From NCBI GenBank assembly GCA_000320545.1, contig ADNK01001668.1, positions 74,039 to 138,038 of the forward strand: 64,000 nt of DNA. The letters are read 5' to 3'. The notes under the pieces are model-generated. The model worked only from the letters and a program-made list of their open reading frames with translations. It searched no databases and was not told the origin of the DNA. Below, piece by piece: positions 14,460 through 26,670 of the stretch. The stretch's first letter is position 1; every line of letters begins with the position of its first letter. The stretch is from Bigelowiella natans CCMP2755 (taxonomy: Eukaryota; Protista; Cercozoa). Made by a program: the position numbers and the translations under genes.

Positions 14460-15080
14460 CATGAATGAATTTATTTTCAATCGATGGGGAACTGCTGAAA
14501 AAAAAACTTTCCAGCATTGATCTGCCATGCCAGCATGCACCAGACTAGCAGATGATGTGGCTGACTTCACAAGATCTAGAGATGTTTGCCAATGTGAAAC
14601 CGGTCACACGTGAAACAATGATAAGTACAATTCAGTCGTGCATACTAGTACACTGTGGGCTTGTGGGCTCATCATGAAACAAAGGTCATGTTGTTGCTCT
14701 GATGCACGTTCTTGTCGTGCGCGTGCGACTTCTAAATGTGCCGCATCGAGGAAACCCGAATGCAATCGTTGCGCCTTGCAAACAGATGATAAACACTATG
14801 GCGGCACGCGTTAAGGTCACATGCAGCGCGATGCACATGCCGAAACAAGCTTGTTAGATGCATGTGTGTATAGACATTGATTTGATCGTGTGAACATACG
14901 CGCACATCTAGGCATGTGCGAAGTACACAACAGCTGATATTCGTGATGCTTCGGACGACATAATATAACATCTTCCAGGTGTCTTATGCTCAATGAGTCT
15001 GCTGCTTCTCGCGATATATCTAGATATTGTTGTCACGTGCCTGCCTGATGTTAGAACTGCAGATGTGAGAATCGGCATTT
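14460..15080. other. TpA-depleted block 3 (partial conversion)
   Basis: CATG/TGCA/CTAG-rich intergenic stretch immediately 3' of the PGL stop codon. Some TA remains. Confidence 0.6.
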
Positions 15081-15087
15081 AATGTAC

Positions 15088-17231
15088 CTAGATTTTGGAT
15101 TGCATAGATTCTTCTTTTAACTCGGCAGCAGCAGCTTTATCGACATACCAAAACACCTATGTATTACATTTCGGGGTCGATAGTAATATAGTATGTTTGA
15201 TCAGTATTTCTCTACAACAAATTGGATAGAACAAAATAACAAAGATGACTGATAACTTTTAGGACAGCAAACTATCGACCCTCTATCTCCCTTACCCCAG
15301 CTCGACTCTCTGTTGTGTCTAACCCGTTTGTTCTTGATTCTTCCGGACGGTAGCTGGTCATCTGGAGTCTCGGATCCTTCAATTACCGTCTTCAGAGCAC
15401 CACTCTTTCCCCCACCACAGCACACGAATGCAACGGCCTTTGAAGATAATGAGCGTAAGGGGGGGGGGGAGACAAATAGACATCCAGTAACGAAGAATGG
15501 ATGTGGTAGGTCAATTCTGACATCTAGGGATGATGTTGTAATGCAAGATGAGGAGGAAGAAGAGAAAGATGAGTATGAAGGTATTTTTTAGCAATGGCAA
15601 AACAGATAGAAAATTCAAGGGATACGGTACGATGAGATAAATGCAGTATGGAACCAGAAAGCAATCATTTTAGTATAGCAAATAGTAGCACACTTGCTAC
15701 CTTTGCAGCATCTAAGACTGGATATGTGAACGTAATTCGGTTGGATGGGGGCTTGGGAGAATCTGGAGCAATAGCAGTATTGTAGCATAGTAGTCGTAAT
15801 GAAGACTTATGTCTTATATACTTCGTCTTCCTTATCTATACTATTATTGCTACTTTATTCATGATAACGGTTAAGTAGAACCTGTGATAGGTGCGATATT
15901 GGCCTTGGTTTCAGCAAGTAGTTTGTGTTTGGGGAATAGCGAGCACGTGTGCCCGTCAGGTCCCATTCCAAGGAGAATTAGATCAAACACTAGGATATTG
16001 TTGTCGCAAGGTATTCGTGTTATTTCCACTTTATGCAATAGCTAAGAACAGCATTGGTGTCGCCCTCAACCCCCCATTCCCCCCCTCTCTCTTATGCAAG
16101 AATATTACGGATCGATGTTCATCATAGCACAACGACCTGGTGTGCTAGATGAGCTGTCCTTGAAAAATCCAGCCACACTCTCCTCGTACAACTTTGCTGC
16201 CTTCTCTGCGTCTTCGTACTGATTCGGATCGATTGTTACCACGTTTTTTTTTGGGATTTTTACTGATAACAAGAAAAATAAGGCGAATATGACGAATTAT
16301 CGCAATGAACACGAATATTTGAATGTTTGTAGGTTTTGGTATGATCCTTCTCCTTACGTGGATCCAACACGAATTCACGGACACTTTTATAGTTTGAATC
16401 GTCACTAGATAGCTTTACACAGCGCTCGTCAGAAAAAAACACAAACCTGAATATTGAACAAGGTAAAAACTATGAGCAAGATTCCAGTCTTCTGAACAGA
16501 GAAGAACTCTGAATTATCTGTCCCACTTAAAGTGAATGTAACAAATCAGCAATGGCCATCGAACTCATGAAAGAAGAAGTCCGTTAGTGGCGTTAATCAT
16601 TTTTCTTTGTAGTTTAAAATGTTCTTGACTCACCATTTGTCCGTATCCTCAACCTTTTTTTCGACAAGAGCAGGGCCAACAATCTTAGGCAATGATCCAC
16701 CTGTGTGGATAGAAAAAAGAGCAAAAGAGGAAGAATAGGAAGAGATGTAAGAAGAGGAAGAAGCTAAATAAGACTGAAGTTATACAGTTGTTTGTTACAC
16801 TCTTAATTCGAGTAAGGTATGTAAGGAACATGAGGGTTCTAATCTCACTCATTCACTAACCAGAGAACGCCACGGTGAACCTTCCTGTCGAAGCGATGGC
16901 TTTTTTAGCTCTGTAATAAGAACACAAAAATTAAGAAAGATGGTTTCAAAAGGGATAACAATTTTTACTCTTCAATGATGAATTTAGCCGCGATGTCGCC
17001 GACAGCCTTCTTGTCATTGCCGACAGAAACCAACGGTTTTGTAGTTGTTCGAGATTCTGTGCAGCCTAGATGTAAGTCAATTGATGGTGCTATGCAGCTA
17101 TTCTCCTTGTCCCTCTTCTGCTCCCTCTTCCTCCTCTCCTGCTTCTGTGGATGTTAAAAGCTCTTTTCTCACTCCATCCTGCTTCCTTCCCTCACCCTCT
17201 CAACCACGTTAAACATCACGCTTTCCCTCAT
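15088..17231 (-). CDS. PGLS: 6-phosphogluconolactonase (spliced), C-terminus ...MQSKI*; first exon uncertain
   Basis: Exons: [17 protein letters not shown]|GSLPK; [17 protein letters not shown]; [19 protein letters not shown]; [17 protein letters not shown]; [10 protein letters not shown]; QLPSGRI; [10 protein letters not shown]. All are hallmark 6PGL motifs in the expected order. Confidence 0.93.
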
Positions 17232-17399
17232 GACAAATTTAGAGAGCGATTTGCATACTACATATGGAGATATGCATATAACCCATTGGTGGAATGTGGC
17301 CTGTCTTATGAGTGAGTAAGAGGGACAAGATGAGGGCTAGGGCGAGGAGGAGGAGGTGTGCAGCAGCTGAACGGAAGCGAATTGTTGTGCAGGGAGGTT

Positions 17400-19480
17400 C
17401 GGGACACTGACTGTTGTGAAAATATCAATGCATGGCGCTTTTGTCATCATTTCGACTGAATTTACACCCTGCGACATCATAAATAGCCTGCATTTATTAG
17501 TTCCATGTGCTTTCACTTTGATGCCTCAAAACCTGAGCTGCAACACGACATCCTGTGCTCCTCCCAGCCTCCTGGCTTCCAATTCCATGACGGAATGGGC
17601 TGCGGCATGGAACTCTCAAGCCTCTTCAATTACCTCTCGCGATGCTCGTTTGGTGCGTGCCCAGGTGAGCAGAATGCAATCTCTTCGGTGTCTTTTGGAA
17701 GTTCGCTCATGGGAGCCGATTTCCAAGTCGCAATCTTGGAGCCATGGGGAAGTGGGCAAACAGGCCCATCTTCATTGCTCCAAGTACCTCGATGAATGGC
17801 ACGATGCCCGTGGTGTGTCCCTCAAATTCCAAGCCCGTTGTGGAGCCTTGTGGTGGCGTCACAACACTGCCAGATTCTTCGCACTGGAGCAGCATGAGGG
17901 CTGGTGCTCCTTGTGCGAATCTCACGAAGACGTGTCCCTGAAACACCTTTTGTTCTCCTGTCAAGGAACGTGCGACATCAGAGACCGTTTTTGGACCAGG
18001 ATTCGTCACCTGGTGTCTCGTCATCAACCTGATGCCAATGATGATGTTGTCACGTTGCGTGCTTTCTCAGCCACGTGCCTTCTCGTGACAAGTTCTGCCT
18101 TGCTTTGGGGGCCACATCTGGTGTCCCTTCGACTGACAAAGAAATCGACAGGGCTTTCCGTCGAACCATTGTCCTGCTTGACAATTTTGCTTCTGTTCGG
18201 CATCCAAGATGCCAGCTTTGGTTCCAATCAACTCACATTGCAACGGCACCATCAATCGGCATCCATGCCAATTTCATCCCTTGTTCCGTCTCCGGCATTT
18301 CAGATGAGTGGCCATGGTGTTCTCATCCCTTCACGCAGCCTTGGAGTGTGCCTCTGATGGGTTGCAGCTGATTTTTTGTGTCTCTTCACCAACAGGGTGC
18401 TGACAAGTCCTTGCAACGAGTGTTGTTGAGGCTCTGCTGCGTGCAAATGCCTGTCTCCCATGTGGTTCTGGCGCATGTGGTTTTTGATCAACGCTTTGTT
18501 CATTGTTCATTGTTCATTGTTCATTGTGGTTTTCCATCCTGCGACAATCTGGCAATCGTGCACTTGTGTGACCTGACAAAGCACCTTTGGCAAATGCTTG
18601 GTTCGTTCGTTCACTCGTTCACGATGCACAGTGCATTGCTGGATTGACACATGCCCACACATCTGATGATCCTTTCAACTGCACCATTGAATGGCACTTC
18701 GTTCATTCATCGTGCGTGCTGGCATGCAAGAATTCGTTTTCAATTGAGTTTTGTTCGTGCCGATTCGATCAGCACGCCGCACGCTGGCTTGCAAGTGCTG
18801 GAGTGTGCTGGCGTGGTGTGCAAGCACGATTCGCCAAGCCAGTCGATCCAGCACGTCTCTGCACCCACAGCACCACCTGTGCGCTGGACTGAGACAGTTC
18901 ATTGTGCTCAAAAGTGAGAGACGACAGCTAGACAGGTTGATGGTGGCTGCATTCTGGCATGCCAGCATGCATGCCAGCATGGCCTTCTCCAGCACGTTCT
19001 GTGAACATCGCTAGCGAGCTAGGTCGCGATTGAGCGACATGCGCATGCTCACTGCTTGCTGGATTGGCTGGTTCGTTTGAAGACCGACCCACTCTAGCAC
19101 TCTGGCACTTAGCACTGTTCAATGCCCAGAATGATGCGCACGCGTTTGTGCCATGCAATTGTTGAGTGCTAGATCCATGGAAAGCACATCGCATGCAATG
19201 TCTAGATCTAGAGATGTCAGTCAGAGCTAGAGAGATGTCCAGCTCTAGAGCTAATTCTAGAAATGTGTGGTAGTGCATGTTTAGGCATGCGCATTGCGGG
19301 ATTACGGGCACCACGTTGCGCACGCACAATCACAAGCATGCCAGCATGGCTGGATGGACTTGTTTGGCCAATGATGTGGGTCACTGTTGCCGCAAATTTG
19401 AAAAAAATGAAGTTGTGCATGCCGTCAAGCCGGTTACATACATTGTGAGAAATCGACACAACATGATGCCATGAATTCAA
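17400..19480. other. TpA-depleted block 4
   Basis: Almost no TA over about 2 kb except a cluster of CTAG at 18928-19261. Confidence 0.85.
17540..18530 (+). mobile_element. Non-LTR (LINE-like) retrotransposon relic: C-terminal CCHC region, 3' UTR and (TTCATTG)n tail
   Basis: ORF 17416-18357 reads YLDEWHDARGVSLKFQARCGAL...WCSLCESHEDVSLKHLLFSC..DIRDRFW, typical of the post-RT zinc-knuckle region. It has a frameshifted continuation (18075-18371), a tandem 7-mer tail at 18499-18526 and a second copy at 10240-10810. Confidence 0.72.
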
Positions 19481-19599
19481 TTCTTGTTCGAAATTTAACT
19501 TAGACCCTACCGCATCTAACACAGTTTTGACGGCGACAATTGATCGGTGATAAAATATGTTTGTAGTTATTGTGTGGTCATCATGGAAGAACTCCGGCA

Positions 19600-20259
19600 A
19601 GCTCCCCATCAGCCAAAATATCGCTTCCGTAGAAGTCATCCATATCATTCTCATCACTATCCATACCAACCAAACTTGGATGCTTGTAAGGCAATCCTTT
19701 CCTCTCCGCAAGTTCCTAATAAAGTAAAGAAGTTAAAACATCCCTTCGAGTGGAAATAATATAAAAGTCGAAGCAGAAAGCAGCAGGAGAAGAGCGACCT
19801 GTCTCTCTAAAACAAATCAACATATATAGCGTCTTTTCCTTCTCGCAGTGTAGTGAGAAGTTACACTTTTGAATCATTATGTATTCCCCCCTTTTAGAAG
19901 CAAGCTGTTACTGTTGTCACCACCTTCCGATAAAGTTCTTCCTCCTCCTTCTGCTCGAGGATGTGGTCGCGCCAATCGCCTCCAAACATAGGCTCTGGCT
20001 TCTCTGGTGGCCAAACGTCTTTCTCACCCTCAAGAGGCAGTCCGCAGTACAATAGAGGGTCATATCCTACAACCCCACCAAATAGTATAGCATCCGTTTT
20101 CGAGTTGTTATTAGCATAATTATGGGGGGATCCAAGGATGGTGGTTTTTCTTGATTACCTCGGTCAAATTCTAGCTCTTCGGCGTTTTTACGGAAGCACT
20201 TTCTGCAGATCGAAAGATACCTGAGGAGGATTCGTATGAGTAAGAAGAGGTCAAACAAA

Positions 20260-20297
<38 letters not shown>

Positions 20298-21063
20298 ATG
20301 GTTCATGTCTTTCTGTCAGAGACCGTTCCATAGTATATTTCAAAATAACTCAACGACACGTGTACACACGCAAAAGAACTCACCATTTTCTGATGACGTC
20401 CTCTTTTGTCCCGCATCTATTGTTGTCGTGCAAACATAATGAGAAAGGACAAACAACAATATACAAATACGAATAGATTCTCATATGTAATAATAAACCC
20501 TTCTTGTAATTCTCATATGTAATAATAAATCCTTCTTGTACGTATTTCTCTCTCTTTCCCTCCCCTCCCTCCTCCTCCTCTTCTTCTCAAATTGCTTACT
20601 GTGTGCAATTGTAGTTGGACCAATCGAAGTCTTTTTCCTCTTCTCCACTCCCCCCTTGAGCTCCATCCCCCCCTTGAGTGGCATTCTTCTTGGCATCGCT
20701 CTTATAAACTTTACTGCCTCCTTTCCCTTTGGAAATCCTTTCTCTATATAATTTGTAATCTGGAATACCTATCATCGTTTTTGAAGATAATAGCAGCATT
20801 ACCACCATCATTTCCACAGATAACCCACAACACCGACAACAACAACAACAACAACAACAACAAGAAGGAGAAAGAATCACGGATGGATTTCGTAAATACA
20901 ATGAAAGGACTGCACACGCGTTAATTATCAAAGCAGCTTCTGAATAAATTCTCCTCTTCCTCCTCCTCCTCATCATCATCATATCAGATTGATCAAACTG
21001 CTTACTGATGGGTTCTCTCCAAAAATCTCGACTGGACTCTCGCCTGATAATCTTCGCATCTGC

Positions 21064-21097
<34 letters not shown>

Positions 21098-22082
21098 CAG
21101 TAATTACTGCGATATCGTATTGGAAATTGAAGCATTGCGTGCGCGGATGTAGTGCCAAGATGAGATACTAGGTTGGGATGCGTTTGCAAATCATCATCAT
21201 CATCATCGTCATCGTCACCATCATGCGTTGGTGGACTGTATCAATCGCTACTAGTACCTGAGCCTTGGGCGTTTTGTAATGTTTCATTTATCTGGACCTA
21301 TTTACGAAGAGAACAATAGCTGTTATCACAAGTGTATTACGTTTTAAACTACACGCTGCCCCTCCCCTCTCCCTCTTACTTTCCGCACGCTGCTCTTATA
21401 CTATCGTATCCAGTGTTGTTACACATATTGCTACTATCTCATACATATGATTCGGGTCCATAGAATCCGGTAGTTCTGTAGTCGTTGTAGATCAAATCTG
21501 ATGAAAGATGATGCATGTACACAATGCGGCTGTGAGGAAGATTTCTAATAAGGTACGTTAAGGCTTCAAACAAACGCACAGAGATGTATCTTACTTACTG
21601 TTATTCTTTGAGAACAGAAGTAGTGGGGATAGTAGAAATAGTAGGTGTAATAATAGCATTTTGTGATGACCTTCTGTTTCGCTTCCTGCATCGATTTTGG
21701 GCTAATTCCGTCCAGTAACACATACACAGACATACACACGTATTCGAGGACCATAATTTAACATTTCTATAGTAAATAGGAATGTGTGTGGTGAAGGATT
21801 ATTTGTTCAGTTTGTACAGTACACGCTAACCACAACCTCTCCCTTCTTCAATCGCATGCTTTTTGCAGCTCCATAGCGCTCTCGAATAGGGACTACGAGT
21901 CAATGTGAATATCAATAAATTGGCGGTTATTTGTAGCTTCATTCTGACTCAAAGTGAGATTCAAAATATGTCCTGTATTATATATTAGTGTTATAGTAGT
22001 AGTCTACCACTACCACTGCCACACCATCAACGGTTATCAACCAAACCATCCTATATCTATATTCCCAATGATCAACATTCCC

Positions 22083-22116
<34 letters not shown>

Positions 22117-22123
22117 GTCATCG

Positions 22124-22158
<35 letters not shown>

Positions 22159-22841
22159 GTCATCGTCATCATCATCATCATCATCAACATGATTGGATTA
22201 GCATGCTGATGCTCGTGAGTCCTCTATGTTGTTTCTATTCATACTGTAAGGGTCCATGGCCAACTCCTTCTGCCGTATCATCATCGCCTTCAACTTCTTC
22301 CTCATTTCCTCCGTTGTTCCGTTTGATGTTAACGAAGAAGCATTTGGTGGAAAGGCAATGATGTCATTGATGGTGGTGGTGGTGGTGGGTGGAATCCTGC
22401 TGGTGAATTGTTTGGCCATGCTAAGGTCTGTATGCCGTAGTAGTGGTAGTAGTAGTAAAGCTCAGATGGGTTTGGAAGTCATGACGATGACGACGATGAT
22501 GATCATAATTGTGGTGTGTATAATGCTATATTAGCTTCATTTTATTGATCCTCCTCCTCCTCTTCCTCCTAACCACGCGAGTGCGGTTGCTAATCATAGG
22601 CAGCACAAACAACAGCAAATACCTGACATCTTCAACGTAGCGGTAGCATTATCACGATCGTCATCCCACACACCATCGTTCTCATTCCCCTCCAAAGCGT
22701 CTAATGCCATCTGGAATATAAAAGCATACCACAAGAGGCACCTTTTATCAAATTATCTTGGCAGCCAAACACTGAATGTAGCTTTCGTATCGTCAGCATA
22801 GGGGTGGTGGATGGATGGTGATGACAGCAATATCATCATCA

Positions 22842-22874
<33 letters not shown>

Positions 22875-24960
22875 TTTCTACAATATTGAAGAGCCGAAGA
22901 ACAGAATGATATTCTAAGAAAGTCCTTTAGGTGTTGGTTATGGAGGATGTAATACCTCATCTTTTCTCTTGAAATCATCCCTCAGAAACATATTTCTCCT
23001 GTTGATCAATATTATCATCAATGCCACTACTACTGCTACTGATACAAGATTTACTACCATAAATACCATCTGCATCACTAGCATTTGGAACCACTTTATC
23101 GCCTCTATCAGCTATGATCTTCTATGTTGCGCTTATCGTTTAAAAATCTAATTACGTCTCCACAGCGTCGTCATCTTGTCCAGCCAATGCGTCAGCTACC
23201 CCCTCCTCATCTGTGGTAGGCACAACAACGAACAAGTGAGGTAAGGACCATAGCGAATACACGCTTGATGTAATAGTATTTTAGCCTGTAAATCTGTAAT
23301 GAAACACGTAATAGTAATAGGAATAGTATCAATCAACATACAAAGTAACATCGCTAATGATAGGCATCATCTACCCACCTTCTCCTGCCTTCTTCGTAGA
23401 GTGTGGTGACGTTGCTGCAGGACGAGAATAAGAGGCCATGTGTTATCAACTATTGTACTCTGCATTATTATTATTTTGATTCTAATGATAGCTGTCAATG
23501 TCCTTACAAACTATTACCCATAATATAGACCACCCCATCACCATAATGTGCTATTTCTGCGTGTGCGTGTGTGTATGTGTGTGTGCGTGTGTGTATGTGT
23601 GTGTGTGTGTGTGTGTGTGCGTGTGTATTCAAACCATTTCTCCACGACGATCCAATCTGAAGTAATTCATCCTAGCGACAGCAAACACCAAACAGTTATA
23701 CAAAGATGGTGCTGCATCACTATGATGATGATGATGATATCGTTGATAAGAATGATAACACCGATGATGATAGATAGATGATGATGGTGGTTATGATGAT
23801 GATGCCAACGAACGACGGTCAGGAAGGTCACGTAGTGCATGTAGTAAGGTACCTCAGGGTTTTGAAAGTCATCATGAGACTCTTCCTCAGCTTCTATTTG
23901 ATTATAATTCGAATAGTAGTAGTAGTAGTAGTAGTAGTAGCAATATCACAAATTCAATGCTGTATCATCATCTCTTCGTTACAATGCCCTTTATAAAACA
24001 ACATATAAGGTGTATGCTGTAACTGTGCTGCTTACTGCTCTATACTGCACCAATTCTACCCAAATATTGATTTCTTATCATCAAGTCCTACAATATTTGC
24101 ATCGTCGTTATCATCATCTTGGAACCCATTATTATAACTGTCATCGTGCATCTGCCCTTTCCTCTTCTCACAGTAGTCGCAATAAGTACTGTTAGCTCTA
24201 CTACACCTTTATTATCCTTCTGAATCCCTTTGAGCTCTCCCATTAGATATTGTTTGCTTAGTTCCTGCAACTGTTCCTCAGGCATTCGCTCTAGAATCTA
24301 AATATGGTATTGAAGGAATACAGGGAGGAGGAGGAGGAGGAGGAGGAGAACCCGAAGAAAGATGACAAAAAAGAAAAACTCGAAGATATTCGGCTAGGCC
24401 ATCGTTTGTACCCTTTTTGGTTTGTACTACGTGAAACAAACCCATTCTCATCGCACAACTTAGAGACGAATTCTACTACTACCACTACTAGTATTGCTAC
24501 TAATACGAATACTACTACTACTGCTGCTGCTGCTGATGCTGCTACCACCACTACCACGTGCTGCAATCATCACTAGGATGATGTAAGAAGAGTGTGAGTA
24601 CCTTGTCCAGCTCTGCATTGGACATGCCAGATGTTGGCATATTACTATCTCCGTATCCGTCGTTGCCATCATCACCATCGTCTAACGTATCATTATCATT
24701 AACATCATCATCATCATTATTACTCTCGTCATCGTTATTATCATCAACACTTATTGAGTATACATCGATGACTACTCTGGCTGGCAACGATGATGGTCAC
24801 GACGAATGGTGAAAAGGAGGATGGATGATGAAATAACCAACCTCTGTCACGTGCAGCCTCCCCATTCTCCATAAGTGTATCGTATTCCTCTCGCGTATAC
24901 GTGGGAAGATTATCTACCAGCATCTTCAAAGAAAGATGATGGTTCAAAATTGTAGTAGAA
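19600..24960 (-). CDS. Large low-complexity multi-exon protein with a uS14/S29e-like zinc finger near its C-terminus; extent uncertain
   Basis: In-frame splicing of exons ending at 20600, 20416-20384 and 20220-20159 gives NCTQCGTKEDVIRKWYLSICRKCFRKNAEELEFDR. Upstream acidic exons (22198-22419, 24088-24285, 24551-24947) are co-oriented but their linkage is not proven. Confidence 0.5.
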
Positions 24961-25020
24961 TCGAGGTATTAGTTGTGTTAGAAAGCGAAGATAATAACGA
25001 GAGACCTACAGATAGAGTGA

Positions 25021-25235
25021 TATATCCTATTATGTTGGGCTATAATGTCAATCTTTCCTGTGTTATGTCCTAATATGTTGGGCTATAATGTCAATCTTTC
25101 CTGTGTTATATCCTAATATGTTGGGCTATAATGTCAATCTTTCCTGTGTTATATCCTAATATGTTGGGCTATAATGTCAATCTTTCCTGTGTTATATCCT
25201 AATATGTTGGGCTATAATGTCAATCTTTCCTGTGT
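25021..25235. repeat. Minisatellite, 5 x 43 bp
   Basis: Unit tatatcctaatatgttgggctataatgtcaatctttcctgtgt repeated head to tail with single substitutions and no spacers. Confidence 0.95.
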
Positions 25236-25961
25236 TTTCTGTCGCATTTTATTTTTGCTTTTGGTAGTATTTTGCTGCAACGTTGCTACCACTTCATGCC
25301 CCCCCCCTTCCTTTTCGCCGTCGTCGTCAGCCAAAACCGGCTTGTCCCCTAATAATGTTGGAAAACGATGAGGAAGAAACAATTACATCGCGGATGGGGA
25401 GCAATCGACGCTATTGACGGCAAACAATACATATCCAAATGTGTATGGGGTGGATGAGTAATATCTTCTTCTTCTTTCTTCTTCTAACTGATATGCACAC
25501 GATGGAGTGCTTTCACCCTGCTGCTGCTTCTGCTGATTTGGTTCCGTAGCCTCTTCAAGCTGTCGCATATCGTCGTCCTCTATAATTTGATGATCCTCCA
25601 CCTGCAAACAAGGATTACAGTAGTAGTAGTAGGAGTAGTAGTAGTAGTAGACGATTGGATCGATGGTGAGATTGTGTACTGCGCTTGACAGCATCAAGGG
25701 AGCTCATGGCATCCTCAGCAAGAATACAGTTTGAGGAGATGTTGAAGGATAACTGATGCTTCGAGACTCTCGTGAAGCATTATGCGGTCATGCTACTGAA
25801 TACTACCGTGAATCCATGCTTTCTAAATAACTGGCGCCTTCTCTCTTGCTCCGTTTTATATTCATCCACCTATCATGAATAATGAGATGGGTTGGTGTGA
25901 CGACCGTCGTTTAGATGCCTTGTAGATACCCAAGTGTGTGTCCTCATACATTACATATAAA

Positions 25962-26017
<56 letters not shown>

Positions 26018-26670
26018 GAGGTGCCAGCATGGCGTTCGGCAGTACTGCTATGTTGTTGTTACTAGTAGCATTACTACCTCTGCGTTAAGTTTAACATTCT
26101 CTGGGTCTTCTACGTACTGAACATCATCCTCCTGGGCCTGTGGATAAGAAGGTATGGAGGAGATACAATGTTCAAGTGATTAACATCGTTGCATTTGATA
26201 AGCATTGATATGTTATACGGTGTTGACGGTGTTAGTTAATATTACCGCTTTCTGCGCCTCTTCATACCACCCTTCTCTCCCAAACACGTTCTCTAAGTCA
26301 CCACCACCACCTCCTCCACCATCATCGTCGCCACCATCATCGTCTCCTCCACGTAGGCGAAATAAGCTTCCGCATTTACGATGCTGTTGAAGTTCCATTC
26401 TATTGCATGTATTATCACAATTCATAAGCGACAGCAGATCGAACTACAAAGCAGCGGATGCATAGGTAAAGCATGTTATTACCCTCTACGATAAAGCCTT
26501 GAGATGAGTTGATGGCAGCTTGACGAAGAATGGCGCAACGACTGTGGCGCAGTTATTTGTTTGGAGAGGAGTGATGAGGATGGCATGACGGCGTTTAGGA
26601 ACGAGAAGATGAATACGGTTGCCCATAACAAGCCCTGATGTAAAAAAAAGGGGGTTTTGAAATTACTCAT
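25200..26670 (-). CDS. Hypothetical protein with signal-peptide-like N-terminus, Ser/Arg-rich leader and RLRGG motif; may be the 5' part of the 19600-24960 gene
   Basis: MSNFKTPFFLHQGLLWATVFIFSFLNAVMPSSSLLSK...RLYRRG splices in frame (gtaata..gcaatag) to MELQQHRKCGSLFRLRGGDDDGG... Confidence 0.5.

Noticed and set aside
17400-19480. CpG methylation decay or classical RIP as the source of the CA/TG excess
   Set aside because: CpG remains common and TpA is depleted. RIP would enrich TpA, and CpG decay would not turn conserved Tyr into His/Cys.
25021-25235. CRISPR-like array
   Set aside because: Units are contiguous with no unique spacers, there are no cas genes, and the context is eukaryotic.
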